Source: Mustelus asterias (Eukaryota). From it: a stretch of 64,000 bases of DNA. Shown piece after piece: positions 12,537-25,270 of this stretch (position 1 is its first letter; every line of letters starts with the position of its first letter). Both the position numbers and the translations under genes were made by a program. The stretch lies in NCBI RefSeq assembly GCF_964213995.1, contig NC_135806.1, positions 84,878,001 through 84,942,000 of the forward strand, given 5' to 3'. Below the pieces are notes generated by a model. That model did not search any database and was not told the DNA's origin. It was given only the letters and a program-made list of their open reading frames with translations.

Positions 12537-15500
12537 TAATAAAAAACAGTACAGCACAGGAAACAGGCCCTTCGGCCCTCCAAGCCTGTGCCGCTCATTG
12601 GTCCAACTAGACCATTCGTTTGTACCCCTCCATTCCCAGACTGCTCGTGACTATCCAGGTAAGTTTGAAACGATGCCAGCGTGTCTGCCTCCACCACCCT
12701 ACTTGGCAGCGCATTCCAGGCCCCCACCACTCTGTGTAAAAAACGTCCCTCTGATATCTGAGTTATACCTCGCCCCTCTCACTTTGAGCCCGTGACCCCT
12801 CATGATCGTCATCTCCGACCTGGGAAAAAGCTTCCCACTACTTCACCCTATCTATACCCTTCATAATTTTGTACACCTCTATTAGGTCTCCCCTCATTCT
12901 CCATCTTTCCAGGGAGAACAAGCCCAGTTTACCCAATCTGTCCTCATAGCTAAGACCCTCCATACCAGGCAACATCCTGGTAAACCTTCTCTGCACTCTC
13001 TAAAGTCCCCAGAGGTGGATGAGGGTAAAGCGGTTGATGTGGTGTATATGGATTTCAGCAAAGCGTTTGATAAGGTTCCCCATGGTAAGCTTTTGCAGAA
13101 AATACGGACACATGGGATTGAGGGGGATTTAGTGGTTTGGATCAGGAATTGGCTAGCTGTAAGAAAACAAAGGGTGGTGGTTGATGGGAAATATTCATCC
13201 TGGAGTTCAGTTACTAGTGGTGTACCGCAAGGATCTGTTTTGGGGCCACTGCTGTTTGTCATTTTTATTAATGACTTGGATGAGGGCGTGGAAGGACAGA
13301 TTAGTAAATTTGCGGATGACACTAAAGTTGGTGGAGTTGTAGACAGTGCGGAGGGAAGTGGCAGGTTACAGAGGGACATAGATAAACTGCAGAGCTGGGC
13401 CGAGAGGTGGCAAATGGAGTTTAATGCGGAAAAGTGCGAAGTGATTCACTTTGGAAGGAGTAACAGGAATACAGAGTACTGGGCTAATGGTAAGATACTT
13501 GGTAGTGTGGATGAACAGAGGGATCTCGGTGTCCATGTGCATAGATCCCTGAAAGTTGGCACCCAGGTTGATAGGGTTGTTAAGAAGGTGTACGGTGTGT
13601 TAGCTTTTATTGGTAGAGGGATTGAGTTTCGGAGCCAGGAGGTCATGCTGCAACTGTACAAAACTCTGGTGCGGCCGCATTTGGAGTATTGCGTACAGTT
13701 CTGGTCGCCGTATTATAGGAAAGATGTGGAAGTGTTGGAAAGGGTGCAGAGGAGATTTACCAAGATGTTGCCTGGTATGGTGGGAAAATCGTATGAGGAA
13801 AGGCTGAGGGGCTTGAGGTTGTTTTCGTTAGAGAGAAGAAGATTAAGAGGTGACTTAATAGAGGCATACAAGATGACCAGAGGATTAGATAGAGTGGATA
13901 GTGAGAGCTTTTTTCCTCGGATGGTGTTGGCTAGCATGAGGTGACATAGCTTTAAATTGAGGGGTGAGAGATATAGGACAGATGTTAGAGGTAGGTTCTT
14001 TACTCAGAGTAGTAAGGGCGTGGAATGCCCTGCCTGCAGCAGTGGTGGACTCGTCAACGTTGAGAGCGTTCAAGTGGTTATTGGATAAACATATGGATGA
14101 TATTGGAATAGTGTAGATTAGAGGGGCTTTAGATTGGTACCACTGGTCGGCGCAACATCGAGTGCCAAAGGGCCTGTACTGTGCTGTAATGTTCTATGTT
14201 CTATGTTCCACGTCCTTCTGGTAGTGCGGCGACCAGAACTGGACGCAGTACTCCAAATGTGGCCTAACCAGTGTTCTATACAGCTGCAACATCAGACTCC
14301 AGCCTTTATACTCTATACCCCGACCTATAAAGGCAAGCATACCATATACCTTCTTCACCACCTTCTCCACCGGTGCTGCCACCTTCAAGGATTTGTGGAC
14401 TTGCACACTTAGGTCCCTCTGTGTTTCTATACTCTTGCTGGCTCTGCCATTTATTGTATAACTCCCCCCTACATTAGTTCTTCCAAAATGTATCACTTCG
14501 CATTTATCTGGATTAAATTCCATCTGCCATTTCTCCGCCCAATTTTCCAGCCTATCTATATCCTGCTGTATTGTCCGACAATGTTCATCGCTATCCGCAA
14601 GTCCAGCCATCTTCGTGTCATCCGCAAACTTGCTGATAACACCAGTTACACCTTCTTCCAAATCATTTATATATATCACAAATAGCAGAGGTCCCAGTAC
14701 AGAGCCCTGCGGAACACCACTGGTCACAGACCTCCAGCTGGAAGAAGACCCTTCGACCACTACCCTCTGTCTCCTATGGCCAAGCCAGTTTTCTACCCAT
14801 CTAGCCACCTCTCCTTGTATCCCATGAGCCTTAACCTTCTTAACCAACCTGCCATGAGGGACTTTGTCAAATGCCTTACTGAAATCCATATAGACGACAT
14901 CCACGGCCCTTCCTTCGTCAACCGTTTTTGTCACTTCCTCAAAAAACTCCACCAAATTTGTAAGGCACGACCTCCCTCTTACAAAACCATGCTGTCTGTC
15001 ACTGATGAGATTGTTCCATTCTAAATGCGCATACATCCTGTCTCTAAGAATCCTCTCCAACAACTTCCCAACCATGGACGTCAAGCTCACTGGCCTATAA
15101 TTACCCGGGTTATCCCTGCTACCCTTCTTAAACAACGGGACCACATTCGCTATCCTCCAATCCTCAGGGACCTCACCTGTGACCAACGAAGAGACAAAGA
15201 TTTCCGTCAAGAGCCCCAGCAATTACATCTCTTGTCTCCTTGAGCAGTCTAGGATAGATGCAATCAGGCCCTGGGGATTTGTCAGTTTTAATGTTACCTA
15301 AAAAACCTAACACTTCCTCCCTTGTAATGGAGATTCTCTCTAACGGGTCAACACCTCCCTCTGAGACACTCCCAGTCAACAAGTCCCTCTCCTTTGTGAG
15401 TACCGATGCAAAGTATTCATTTAGGATCTTCCCTATTCCCTTGGATTCTAAGCACAATTCCCCTCCTTTGTCCCTGAGAGGTCCGACTTTTTCCCTGACA

Positions 15501-15760
15501 ACTCTTTTGTTCCTAACATATGAATAAAATGCCTTAGGGTTCTCCTTAATCCTGTCTGCCAAGAACATTTCGTGACCTCTTTTTGCCCTTCTAACTCCCC
15601 GATTGAGTTCTTTCCTACTCTCTCTGTATTCCTCCAGAGCTCCATCTGTTTTCAGTTGCCTGGACTTGACGTACGCCTCTCTTTTCTTTTTGATCAGATC
15701 CTCAATTTCCCTGGTTATCCACGGCTCTCGAATCCTACCTTTCCTATCCTTCCTTTTTAC
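12537..15760 (-). mobile_element. CR1 LINE (5'-truncated, frameshifted), split by a second CR1
   Basis: ORFs 15173-15568 and 14194-15222 (PQGSVLGP, KFADD) break at HYQKDVE and resume at ~13005 (LERVQRRF). Closely related to 41558-44188. Confidence 0.92.
13008..14207 (+). mobile_element. CR1 LINE nested antisense in another CR1
   Basis: 309-aa RT ORF (YMDFSKAFDKV, PQGSVLGP, KFADD); (GTTCTAT)n tail at ~14191-14207. Confidence 0.93.
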
Positions 15761-17326
15761 AGAACTAAGTAATTTGTGGATTTAATTAATTCAATGGTTA
15801 AAGGCAGATGTCAAACATCAGATATCATGCTTTAGGCCCAAGACTACTGATGCTAGCAATGCCCCAGGGGATCTGCTAGATGATTCTGAAGTATTTTTGT
15901 CTTGTTAGCAATTTTGGTGAATACATTTTTCAAATAACTCACATTTCCAAATCCTCCTACATGGCTAGATTATTTTTTTGTCAAGATTTTGTCAATATCC
16001 TTCCATTTCTTCACAGAGATGCTGCTTTAGATCATGCTTCCTGCCCATATTTTAAACAATTTGCAGCTCATTCAATCCATCCACTTTGCTTCTGTAATTT
16101 CATTATTGGTCATTTCTCCCCTCCAACTGCTATTCAATAATAAAGGTAATGAATGCTGGTCGAGCCAGCGATGCCCACATCCCATAAATGAATTATAAAA
16201 AACCTCCATACCCTGTCATCCCAAAGTCCCAACCAGAAAGCTTGCCCATCTTTCAGTTCTGATAAAAATGGCACCCAAAGTTGACCTGCTAACTGCCCAT
16301 TGTGTAGCTTTAGAATTTTCTATTTTAAACCTTTTTAAGTTGTACCTGTCAAATTTTAGGATGTGGTCCTTCATGTTGATGAAAGCAAGTAATGTCAAAA
16401 TGTGACAAATGCCCAAGGTCATTTTATTATGACCCCATCAATACTCCACACTGTCATGAGAAATTAATGGATATTAAACATAAAGTTCTCAGTAATTGGT
16501 AAATCTCATGAACAAAGAATATTCCAACTTTGTATACATGCTCCAAGCTAAGCAGACAAAACCACATGACATGCTTGCAAAGTCAGTCTTGTTATCAGTC
16601 TCTTCAATTGTTGTCAGTCACTGGGCAAACTTTAATAATTTACAAAATGGAAGGAGGATTTTGCTGGGTTATAACACCTGATTAATCAGAAGTTAAAAGC
16701 AGCAGCAATAAAGGAACACAGTGAATGAGAACTACTGCTCAATACAGGATAAACATGAATACAGACCAAATGGACAAATGGCCCATTTCTGTCTTTTTTC
16801 ATGTCTCCAATATCACAATCTAGAAAAAATAAAACAGATAAATCAACATCACAAGACAGAGGTTTCCATTTAAAAATGAATACAACTCATCACTGCACAA
16901 GTTGTAAGGTCATTGCTGATGTCCAACTAAACAAGTTACTTGGAGGAAAGTGTAGACATGGTAAAGAAAATCTTCACACTATCCTGACTCATCTCCAGTA
17001 CAACTGGATTCAGGACATTCATTGGTTTGTGGCCTTGATATTTATCCGGTGGCAAGTGGCATCATATGACTAGCACAGAGATACTTTAAGCAAGATGAAT
17101 CTGTTACTGCACAACAACACAACATGTCTTGACAAAGTCTTCAATCAATAATCTTAGAATCATGGAATGACGTGGTGCAGAAGACGGCGATTAGACCCAC
17201 TCAGCCTGAGCTATCCAATTAGTTCCACTCTCCTGCTCTTTCCCCCTACCTTATAAAATGTTTACCCTTCAGGTATTTATTCATTTCCTTTTCGAAAGTT
17301 ACTCCTGAATCTGCTGCCACCACCTT

Positions 17327-17676
17327 GGGCAGCACGGTAGCACAGTGGTTAGCACTGCTGCTTCACAGCTCCAGGGTCCCGGGTTCGATTCCCGGCTCGG
17401 GTCACTGTCTGTGTGGAGTTTGCGCATTCTCCTCGTGTCTGTGTGGGTTTCCTCCGGGTGCTCCGGTTTCCTCCCACAGTCCAAAGATGTGCGGGTTAGG
17501 TTGATTGGCCAGGTTAAAAATTGCCCCTTAGAGTCCTGGGATGCGTAGGTTAGAGGGATTAGCGGGTAAAAAAAAGGGATTAGCGGGTAGGGCCTGGGTG
17601 GGATTGTGGTCGGTGCAGACTCGATGGGCCGAATGGCCTCCTTCTGCACTGTAGGGTTTCTATGATTCTATGATTC
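17327..17676 (+). mobile_element. Full-length HE1-type V-SINE
   Basis: tRNA head with A box (tagcacagtgg) and B box (ggttcgattcc), V domain (gtgtggagtttg...gggtttcctccgggtgctccggtttcctccca), CR1-like tail (TTCTATGA)n. Confidence 0.92.
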
Positions 17677-18704
17677 AGGCAATGCATTTCAGATCACAAC
17701 AACTCACTGCATAAATACTGTTACCTTATGTGGCTTCTGGATCTTGTTCCAAACACCTTAAATTTTTCTAACCTACCGCTGGAAACAGTTCCTCCTTGCT
17801 CTATATATACATAATCTTTGTCAACTTCCTTCCTTAAGGAGAACCTCCTCCTCTAATCTTTCCACATAATTGAAGTCCTTCATCCCTAGTACCATTCCAT
17901 CTTTCACACTCATCCCAAGGCCTTGACATCTTTCCTAAAACATTGTGCCCAGAATGCAACATAGTACTCCAGCTGAGACCAAATCAGTATTTTATAAAGG
18001 TTTAGTACAACATCGTTGCTTTAATAAGGTCAAGGTTCCCATTAGCCTGCTCAGCCTCTACTGCCACCTACAAGCATGTGTGTACATACACTCCCAGCCA
18101 ACTCTATTAGGATACCCCCCTTTAAATCCTACCATTCAGTTTATATTGTTGCTCCTTCCAAAAATAAATTACTTCACATTTCTGGTGTTAAATTTTATTA
18201 GTCTGAGCCTCCTGAAGTCTGCTACTTTCCTCAGTGTTAATGACATTTCGGAGTTATATGTCACCTGCAAACTTTGAAATTATTCCCCCTATATCCAATT
18301 TCAGGTCATTAATATATATCAGAAAAAGCAGTGATTCCAATATCGAGCCCTAAGGAACATCACTGTATACTTCTATCCACCCTGAAAACTAACCATTCAT
18401 CACTGGTTTCAGTTTCCAATCCCTATTCATGCTGCCACTGACTCTTCAATCTCATCAGCTTTACCTTTGTTAACAGATCTATGACATTGACAAGCACCTT
18501 AATTAGTCTTTAGGTTAATGGTACTGTGAAATATTTCTGTGTTTATAAATAAAACACACAAGTGGAATTCCATTATTTGCTTTGAAAATATGAAGTGCAC
18601 AGTACTATAGATATTGTTCAGGAAAAATAAAAACCACCTCAGGAGCAAGGCATGCTGCATAGTTAACAGACCCACATACATGTTTCACAGATTCAGTTAC
18701 TTAC

Positions 18705-18813
18705 GTGTGGGAAATTGCTCTAAACATAAGGACCCATCTTCATTTTTCAGTTGAACTCGTATTCTGCCTCTGAATTGTACATCTCTGTTCCACTCACGAG
18801 GGTAGAGTTTATT
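18705..18813 (-). CDS. SRP19: SRP19 exon 4
   Basis: ttttcag|AAT...ACA C|gtaagt, 109 bp. Translates NKLYPREWNRDVQFRGRIRVQLKNEDGSLCLEQFPT. Confidence 0.96.
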
Positions 18814-18914
18814 CTGAAAATGGTGCACAACACATACTAATAGGACATGGGAAAAACACCAGATATCTTAAATATTCAATATTCAGCAAGATTAACATTA
18901 AACACAATAAATAC

Positions 18915-18986
18915 CTCTACTGCCACAATCAGTCCTGCTGCTGCACAAACATCTCGAATTTCTCCAAATGTTGGGTTTTCAACAGC
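18915..18986 (-). CDS. SRP19: SRP19 exon 3
   Basis: aaag|GCT...GAG|gtattt, 72 bp. Translates AVENPTFGEIRDVCAAAGLIVAVE. Confidence 0.95.
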
Positions 18987-19694
18987 CTTTACAGAAAAAC
19001 AAAAAAGTTTCCAATGACAACAATTTCCATTGATGTAAGACATTTTATGAAAAGCATGCACTTAGGCATTTCAGAGTAAATGCATGGAGCACTGAAAATT
19101 GCTATCAGGAATGATGCAGAGTAACTAAAAAGCTTTATCAAAGAAATGGATCTTTAGATTTGTTAACCTTGGTGAGACGAGGGTAATGGAGAGGAGAAGG
19201 AAGTAGTTTAGGGAGGGAATTCCAGTGGGTAGAACAAGGTACCAAAAGGTCCTGCAACTAATGGTAAAGCTAAGGGAGTGGAGATGTTTGAGATCACAGA
19301 AAGTTACAGGGAAGGGCTGGATGTCAGTTGCAAGCTATTCCTGCATTGGAAAATGAGAGCCAAGGAACAGGGGGAAAAGACAGACACCAAGCTGATTCCT
19401 GGGTTAATAATTCAGGGATTGAGCGAGACTAAAGCTGTAATTGATATGAAAATAATCAGCAGGTTAGGTAGCAACTGTGGAGAGAAGAAACAGAGTTAAT
19501 GCTTCTAATCAGAACTCACATTAGAAATGTAAAAGGTTTCAAGCAAGTGTAAGGGGGAAATTTCCCTTCATCCTTCTGTCTCAGCTGATGCTTTATCAAA
19601 ACCATTTCTGCTATTTTTAAAGGATAACAAGCTTCAACAACTCATGTGCACCAATACCCTTCAGATGTTTCTTTCCCTTCACTTCCTTCCAACT

Positions 19695-20170
19695 CCAACG
19701 GTTCTTTGGTCAAAATACCAAGCCCATGGGATACAGGGTTACGTGGCAAACAGGATCAAAAGTTGAGTTACTAACAGGGAACAAAGGGTAATGGTTGATG
19801 GACGCCCTTGAGAATGGAACGTTGTTTCAAGTGGTGTTCCGCAGGGTTTGGTACTGGGATCCTTGCTGTGTGTGTTATATAACAACTTGGATGTGAATGT
19901 TGGGGGGCATGATTGGAAAATTTGCAGACGATACAAAAATTGGTTGAGTCGTGAATAATGTAGAGGATAGCTATAATCTACAAAACCATATCGATGGGTT
20001 GGTGGAGTGCGCAATAAAGTGGCAGATAGATTTTAATATAGAGAAGTGTGACGTAAAACATTTAGGGAGGTCGAACAGTTATAAGGAATACACAATAAGT
20101 GGGAATATTGGCAGAGGTATAGAATATAAAAGAATATAATGTTGGAATTGTACAAAACACTGGTGAGCCA
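19695..20170 (+). mobile_element. Old CR1 RT fragment
   Basis: GVPQG, KFADDTKI and WQIDFNIEKC motifs with frameshifts. Confidence 0.8.
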
Positions 20171-20257
20171 AGATGGAAATTGAAGACAAAGGCTATGCCA
20201 CAGCCATCACTATTTGGGCTGCAGAATCCATTCACTGATGATCTTTCTTAATCTCAC

Positions 20258-20333
20258 CTTTTCTACTGGTATTCGTCTTCCTTCTGCTATAGTCTTTTTG
20301 CTGTTTATATATGCTGGATATATGCAAATAAAC
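20258..20333 (-). CDS. SRP19: SRP19 exon 2
   Basis: ttgaag|G TTT...AAG|gtgaga, 76 bp. Translates FICIYPAYINSKKTIAEGRRIPVEK, the SRP19 signature. Confidence 0.97.
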
Positions 20334-20835
20334 CTTCAAGACAAAAAAAAAGTTACTTTAGATTTTGAATCCACCTCAAAAGATTTCCCGAGGTAATCAC
20401 AAGCAAGTCCAATAATTAAGAGAAATTTACAAGCTCCTTCTCTATGCAAACTTATCAAACTCCACCCCACACCATCACTATCATTATTTTTTTTAAAAAA
20501 CTGATTTCCACCATAAATGCCTGCACTTATATCCCAAAAATTGTAAGTTGATCTTTTATAAGCATAAAAGCGTTTCTGCTAAATAGATTTGTTTTTATAT
20601 TCATACACTCACAGCTCTTGGTTTAATAATAGCCTATGGCAATGCTGTTTCCTATTCTTTTTCAATAGTGCTTTCATTTAAACACATGTTGGAGATTCAC
20701 TGCTATTCCAGTTGCTCAGTACTTTCTGGTTTCTCAGAAAGCAGCTTGTGCAATAGGAGATCAACTAGCACACATGAATAGAGGGCTTGTTGGTAACATT
20801 AGGGAGAAAGTGGATTGGAAATGGTTTAGAAGCCG

Positions 20836-21935
20836 TGATTTGATTTATTATTGTCACTGTATTCTAATACATAAGTATTGCTTCTCGCACGCTATACCGA
20901 CAAAGTATACCGTACATAGAGAAGGAAAGGAGTGAGTGCAGAATGTAATGTTACAGTCATAGCTAGGGTGTAGAGAAAGATCAACCTAATGCGAGGTGGG
21001 TCCATTCAAAAGTCTGATAGCAGAGGAGAAGCTGTTCTTGAGTCAGTTGGTACGTGTCCTTTTGTTGTTGGTGATCTGGACACCTAAAAACTTAAAGCTC
21101 TCGATCATTTCTACTTCGTCCCTTTTGATGTAGACAGGGGCATGTCCTCACTATGCTTCCTGAAGTTGATGACTAACTCCTTCGTTTTGTTGACATTGAG
21201 GGAGATATTATTGTCATCGCACCAGTTAACCAGATTCTCTTTCCTGTACTCCGTCTCATCATTGTTTGAGATCCAACCAACTACGATGATGCCATCAGCA
21301 AACTTGAAAATTGAGTTGGAAAAAAGAATTTGGCCATAGTCATAGGTGTGTAAAGAATATAGTAGGGGGCTGAGGACACAGCCTTGTGAGGCACCGTGGT
21401 TGAGGATGATCATGGAGGAGGGATTCTTACAGATAACGATCTGTGGGTTAGGAAGTCTAGGATTTAGTTGCAGAGGAAGGAGCTGATCCCCAGGCCACAG
21501 AGTTTGGAGAGGAGTTTCGTGGGAATAATGATGTTAAAGGCTGAATTGTAGTCAATAAAGAGGAGTCTGACATAGGTGTCTTTGTTATCTAGGTGTTGCA
21601 GGGTTGAGCACAGGGCCAGGGAGATGGCATCTGCTGTGGACCTGTGTGGCGATAGGCAAACTGTAGTGGATCCAGGCAATCTGGGAGGCTGGAATTGATT
21701 TGTGCCATAGCTAACTTTTCAAAGCTCTTCACAATAATGGATGTCAGAGCCACCAGACAATAGTCATTAAGGCACCCTGCTGGCTTTTCTTAGGTACTGG
21801 GATGATGGTTGTCTCCTTGAAGCAGATAGGGACCTCAGATTGGTGCAAAGAGAGGGTGAAGATGTCTGCAAATACCCCTGCCAGCTAGCCACACAGGATC
21901 TGAGTGCTCCTGTGGGTACCCCATCCAGGCAAGTG
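20836..21935 (-). mobile_element. Rex1/Babar-like LINE fragment with internal deletions
   Basis: [35 protein letters not shown] and GASQGCVLSPLLYSL..KFAD. Tail gtgacaataataaatcaaatc. Confidence 0.85.
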
Positions 21936-21979
21936 GTCCTGTTGATTGGGTGTGTCTCAGAATGATATGTAAATACTGG

Positions 21980-22520
21980 TGAAGGAGCGGGGCCAGACCT
22001 AAATGAGACTCACCCGCAGCTGTACGCAGTGGGTAGGAGGAAGGACCCCAAACCCGGTGATTAAAGTGAGGAGTGTTCAATGTCTGCAAGCCAGCAATAT
22101 ACTACGGGCCCTAACAGCGCAGCGACGTGTTCAATGCCTAAGGAGCTGGGGCACCCCCTTTATGACGATACAATGGGACAGGGGAACCCCGGGTTCCAGA
22201 ATAGAACGCTGGGATATTTCCCAGGTCCCCGGATCATTCCAAACATTGCTACATTAATGCCAGGCGCCACTCTTACCGCTCTCTGTCGGCGTAGCTCTTG
22301 TTCATGTACACCATGTTGTCCGGCTCCATTTCCTGCTGAATCAGCCCTATCTCACCGGGAGGCCGGCCTCTGCCCTGCGCTGATTGCTCACAGCTCCTCC
22401 GCCTACACCTCCTATTGAATACCGCGGCTGTCAATCCCCAAAACACCGCAACTTCCGCCTGACCCCTGACTACACACAAGCTGGCCAATGAGGCTCAGGG
22501 TCCCCACTCCACTCCCACCC
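21980..22520 (-). promoter_or_regulatory. SRP19 CpG-island promoter
   Basis: CpG-rich, non-repeat patch around exon 1, with an ETS-like CGGAAGT on the minus strand at ~22451-22457. Confidence 0.65.
22277..22314 (-). CDS. SRP19: SRP19 exon 1 coding part
   Basis: aacATGG TG TAC...GAG CG|gtaaga, giving MVYMNKSYADRER; phase 2 matches exon 2. Five exons total 429 nt (142 aa). An in-frame ATG also lies at 22329. Confidence 0.85.
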
Positions 22521-22667
22521 TTAATAAAGGAGGAGGAGGGAACAGTTTAATTGGATAATAAAAATATCAGACGTAAAAACAACTTCAATAAAACCAAATA
22601 ATGCTTCAGGCAGCCGGATATAGGGAATTATAGAAGGTTTCCTGCACAGGAGGATTTGCTGTCATGG

Positions 22668-22803
22668 ATAAAAGCAAAATACTGCGGATGCTGAAATCTG
22701 AAACAAAAACAGAAAATGCTGGGAAATCTCAGCAGATCTGACAGCATCTGTGGGGGAGAGAATAGAGCCAGTGTTTCCAGTCTGGATAACCCTCCGTCAG
22801 AGC
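22668..22803. mobile_element. Penelope-like pLTR relic
   Basis: aaatactgcggatgctg.aatctgaaacaaaaacagaaaatgctgg...cagcatctgtgg. Related copies, partly as inverted pairs, at 23178-23372, 31500-31780 and 44625-44795. Confidence 0.6.
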
Positions 22804-23177
22804 CTAACTCTGAGATTCCAGGCTCACATTTTCCCTATAGCCTTGTATTTTTTCTCTCTCCAGGCAATCATCTAATTCCAACCACTTGTGGCATCAAAAT
22901 GTTTTTCCTCATGTTGTCATTATTTTTGCCAATCACCTTAAATCAACATCTTCTACCTCTTAAAACTTCTCCCAAAGTTCCTCCCTCCGTTCAGACCTCT
23001 CGTGATTTTAAATACCTCTCCTAATCGTCTCTTCCTGGATAACTTCTCCAATCTATATCCACAACTGAGGTCCCTCATCCCTGGAACCATTCTCCAAAAT
23101 TTACACATCCTTCCTTCAGAATTGGTCACTACAGTTGAGATTGAACCAGTGTTTTAAACAGGTTTATCATAACTTTA

Positions 23178-23372
23178 CAAAATGCTGAAAATACACAGCA
23201 TATCCGGCAGCATCAGTGAAGCAAGAAAGAGTTGAATGTGACTTCTTAAGAACCAAAGTTATAGTTGTATTGAAATGCTATATCACTCTGTCTACATATG
23301 CTGCCAGACCTGCTGAATATTTCTAGCACAGTTTTTATTCAGATTTCCAGCATCCACAATATTTTGCTTTTA
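23178..23372. mobile_element. Penelope-like inverted pLTR relic
   Basis: aaatgctgaaaatacacagc... paired with ...ctgctgaatatttctagca...gatttccagcatcc. Confidence 0.55.
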
Positions 23373-23844
23373 TCATAACTTCCTTGATTTTGTACACAAT
23401 GCTGCTATTTATAAAGCCCAGGTTCCTGTATGCTTTATTAACCATTCCTCAACCTGCTCTAGCTTCCATCTTCAATGGTTTGTGCGTATATATCAAGTCC
23501 CTTTGCTCCTGCACCCACTTTAGCATTATACCCTCTGTTTTATATTGCCTCTCCTCATTCTTTCTACCTAATGAATCAATTTTTATTTCTTTGCCTGAGA
23601 TTTCATCTTCCAAATGTCCAGCCTGCTGATGACCTCTTGAAGTTTATTATCCTCAGCACAGTTCACAATACTTCCAGGTTTTGTGCCATTTGGCATTTTG
23701 AAATTCCCAAATTATCATTTTTAAAAGCTTTCGTATTACCAAGGTTGAGCTGATTGCTGAGCTTATCCTTATGTTTTTAATGCATGTACTGTAACATTTG
23801 CAATTCGCCACAAAACTCCTGTATCTTGGAAAATTATGGCCACA

Positions 23845-24150
23845 AGAATTCGGAGCAGGAGTAGGCCATTTGGCCCTTTGAACCTGTTCCACTATTAGAT
23901 AAGATGATGGCTGATCTGATTATGCTCGCAACTCCATTTTCCTGTCAGTCTTGAATAAACTCAATGAGTCAGCCTCCATTGCTCTCCGGGGAAGAGAATG
24001 CCACAGGCTAACAACCCTCTGATAGAAAATAAAATCTCATCTTAAATGGGAGATACCTAATTTTTAAACTGCATCCTCCTAGTCCTAAATTCTCCCACAA
24101 GTGAAAATGTCCTCTCAGTATCTACCCAGTCAAGTTTGCTCATGATCTTA
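23845..24150 (-). mobile_element. CR1 3' fragment
   Basis: ggagcaggagtaggccatt...gatgatggctgatct is the reversed CR1 tail. Confidence 0.7.
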
Positions 24151-24164
24151 TATATTTCATATGT

Positions 24165-25270
24165 AGCCATTTGAATGGCTGATCCAGTTCAGTTTCTTGT
24201 CAATAGTAACTTTCAGGGTGTTGATTCCACGATGGTAATGCCATTGAATGTCACGAGGAGGTGCTTTGATTCTCTCTTGTTGACTGTCCATTGTTTGATG
24301 CAAATGTTACTTGCAACTTATCAGCCTAAGACTGAATATTGTTCAGGTCTTACTGCATATGGTCATGGACTGTTTCAGTATTTGAGGAGTTGCAGATGGT
24401 GCTAAAAATTGTGCAAACATCCCTATTTATGACTTATGATGGTGGGGACATCATTTCTAAAGCAGTTGAAGATGGTTGGGCCTTGGACACTACCCTGAGG
24501 AACTCCTGCAGTGAGGTCCTGGAACTGAGGTGATTGACCTCCAACCACTATAACCATCTTCCTTTGTGCTAGGTATGGCTTCAACCAGTGGAGAGTATTC
24601 CGCCTCATTCCGATTGACTTCAGCTTTTCTTCGGGTCCTTGACGCTACACCAAGTGAAATGCAGCCTTGATGTCAAGAGCAGTGATTATCAGCTTTTTGT
24701 CCATGTTTGGACCAAGACTGTAATGAGGTCCGGAGCTGAGTGGCTCTAGCAGAACCGAGTGTTAGTGAAAATTTATTGCTGTGCAAGTGTTGCTTGATAG
24801 CTTTGATTCTGTGAGTATGACTCATCCATGGGACAGCTCTCCCAAAGCAGCAAGATGTTAGTAAGGAAAATTTATCAGGGTTGACAGTACTGGGTTTGCT
24901 GTTGTCATTTCCAGTGCTTACGTCAATGCTCAGTGGTCCTTCCAGTTTCATTTCTTTTAGGCTTTGTGGCGGTTTGATACAACTGAACTAGGCCACTTCA
25001 AATGGTATTTAAGAGTCAACCACTGGAATCACACATAGACCAGACCAGGTAAGGAGAGTAGATTTCCTTCCCTAAAGTGCATTAATAACTAGATGGGTTC
25101 TTAACAATGGTTTCACTGTCACCATTACTGAGACTAACTTTCAATTCTAGATTTGTTTATTTGAATTTAAATTCCACCAGGAGCTGTGGTGGGATTTGAA
25201 CCCATGTCCCCAGAGTATGAGCCTGGGCCTCTGGATTACTAGTCCAGTGACAATAACCACGACAGCACTG
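24165..25270 (-). mobile_element. Internally deleted LINE of the 7775-9278 family
   Basis: LHWLKPYLAQRKMVIVVGGQ...AGVPQGSVQGPTIF. Confidence 0.75.

Noticed and set aside
17327-17405. tRNA-like sequence with A and B boxes
   Set aside because: SINE head continuing directly into the V domain; not a tRNA gene.
17299-17649. Recurrent ~110-aa 'MQKEAIRPIESAPTT...' ORFs (also 56502, 32471, 51518)
   Set aside because: Translations of HE1 SINE copies, not a gene family.
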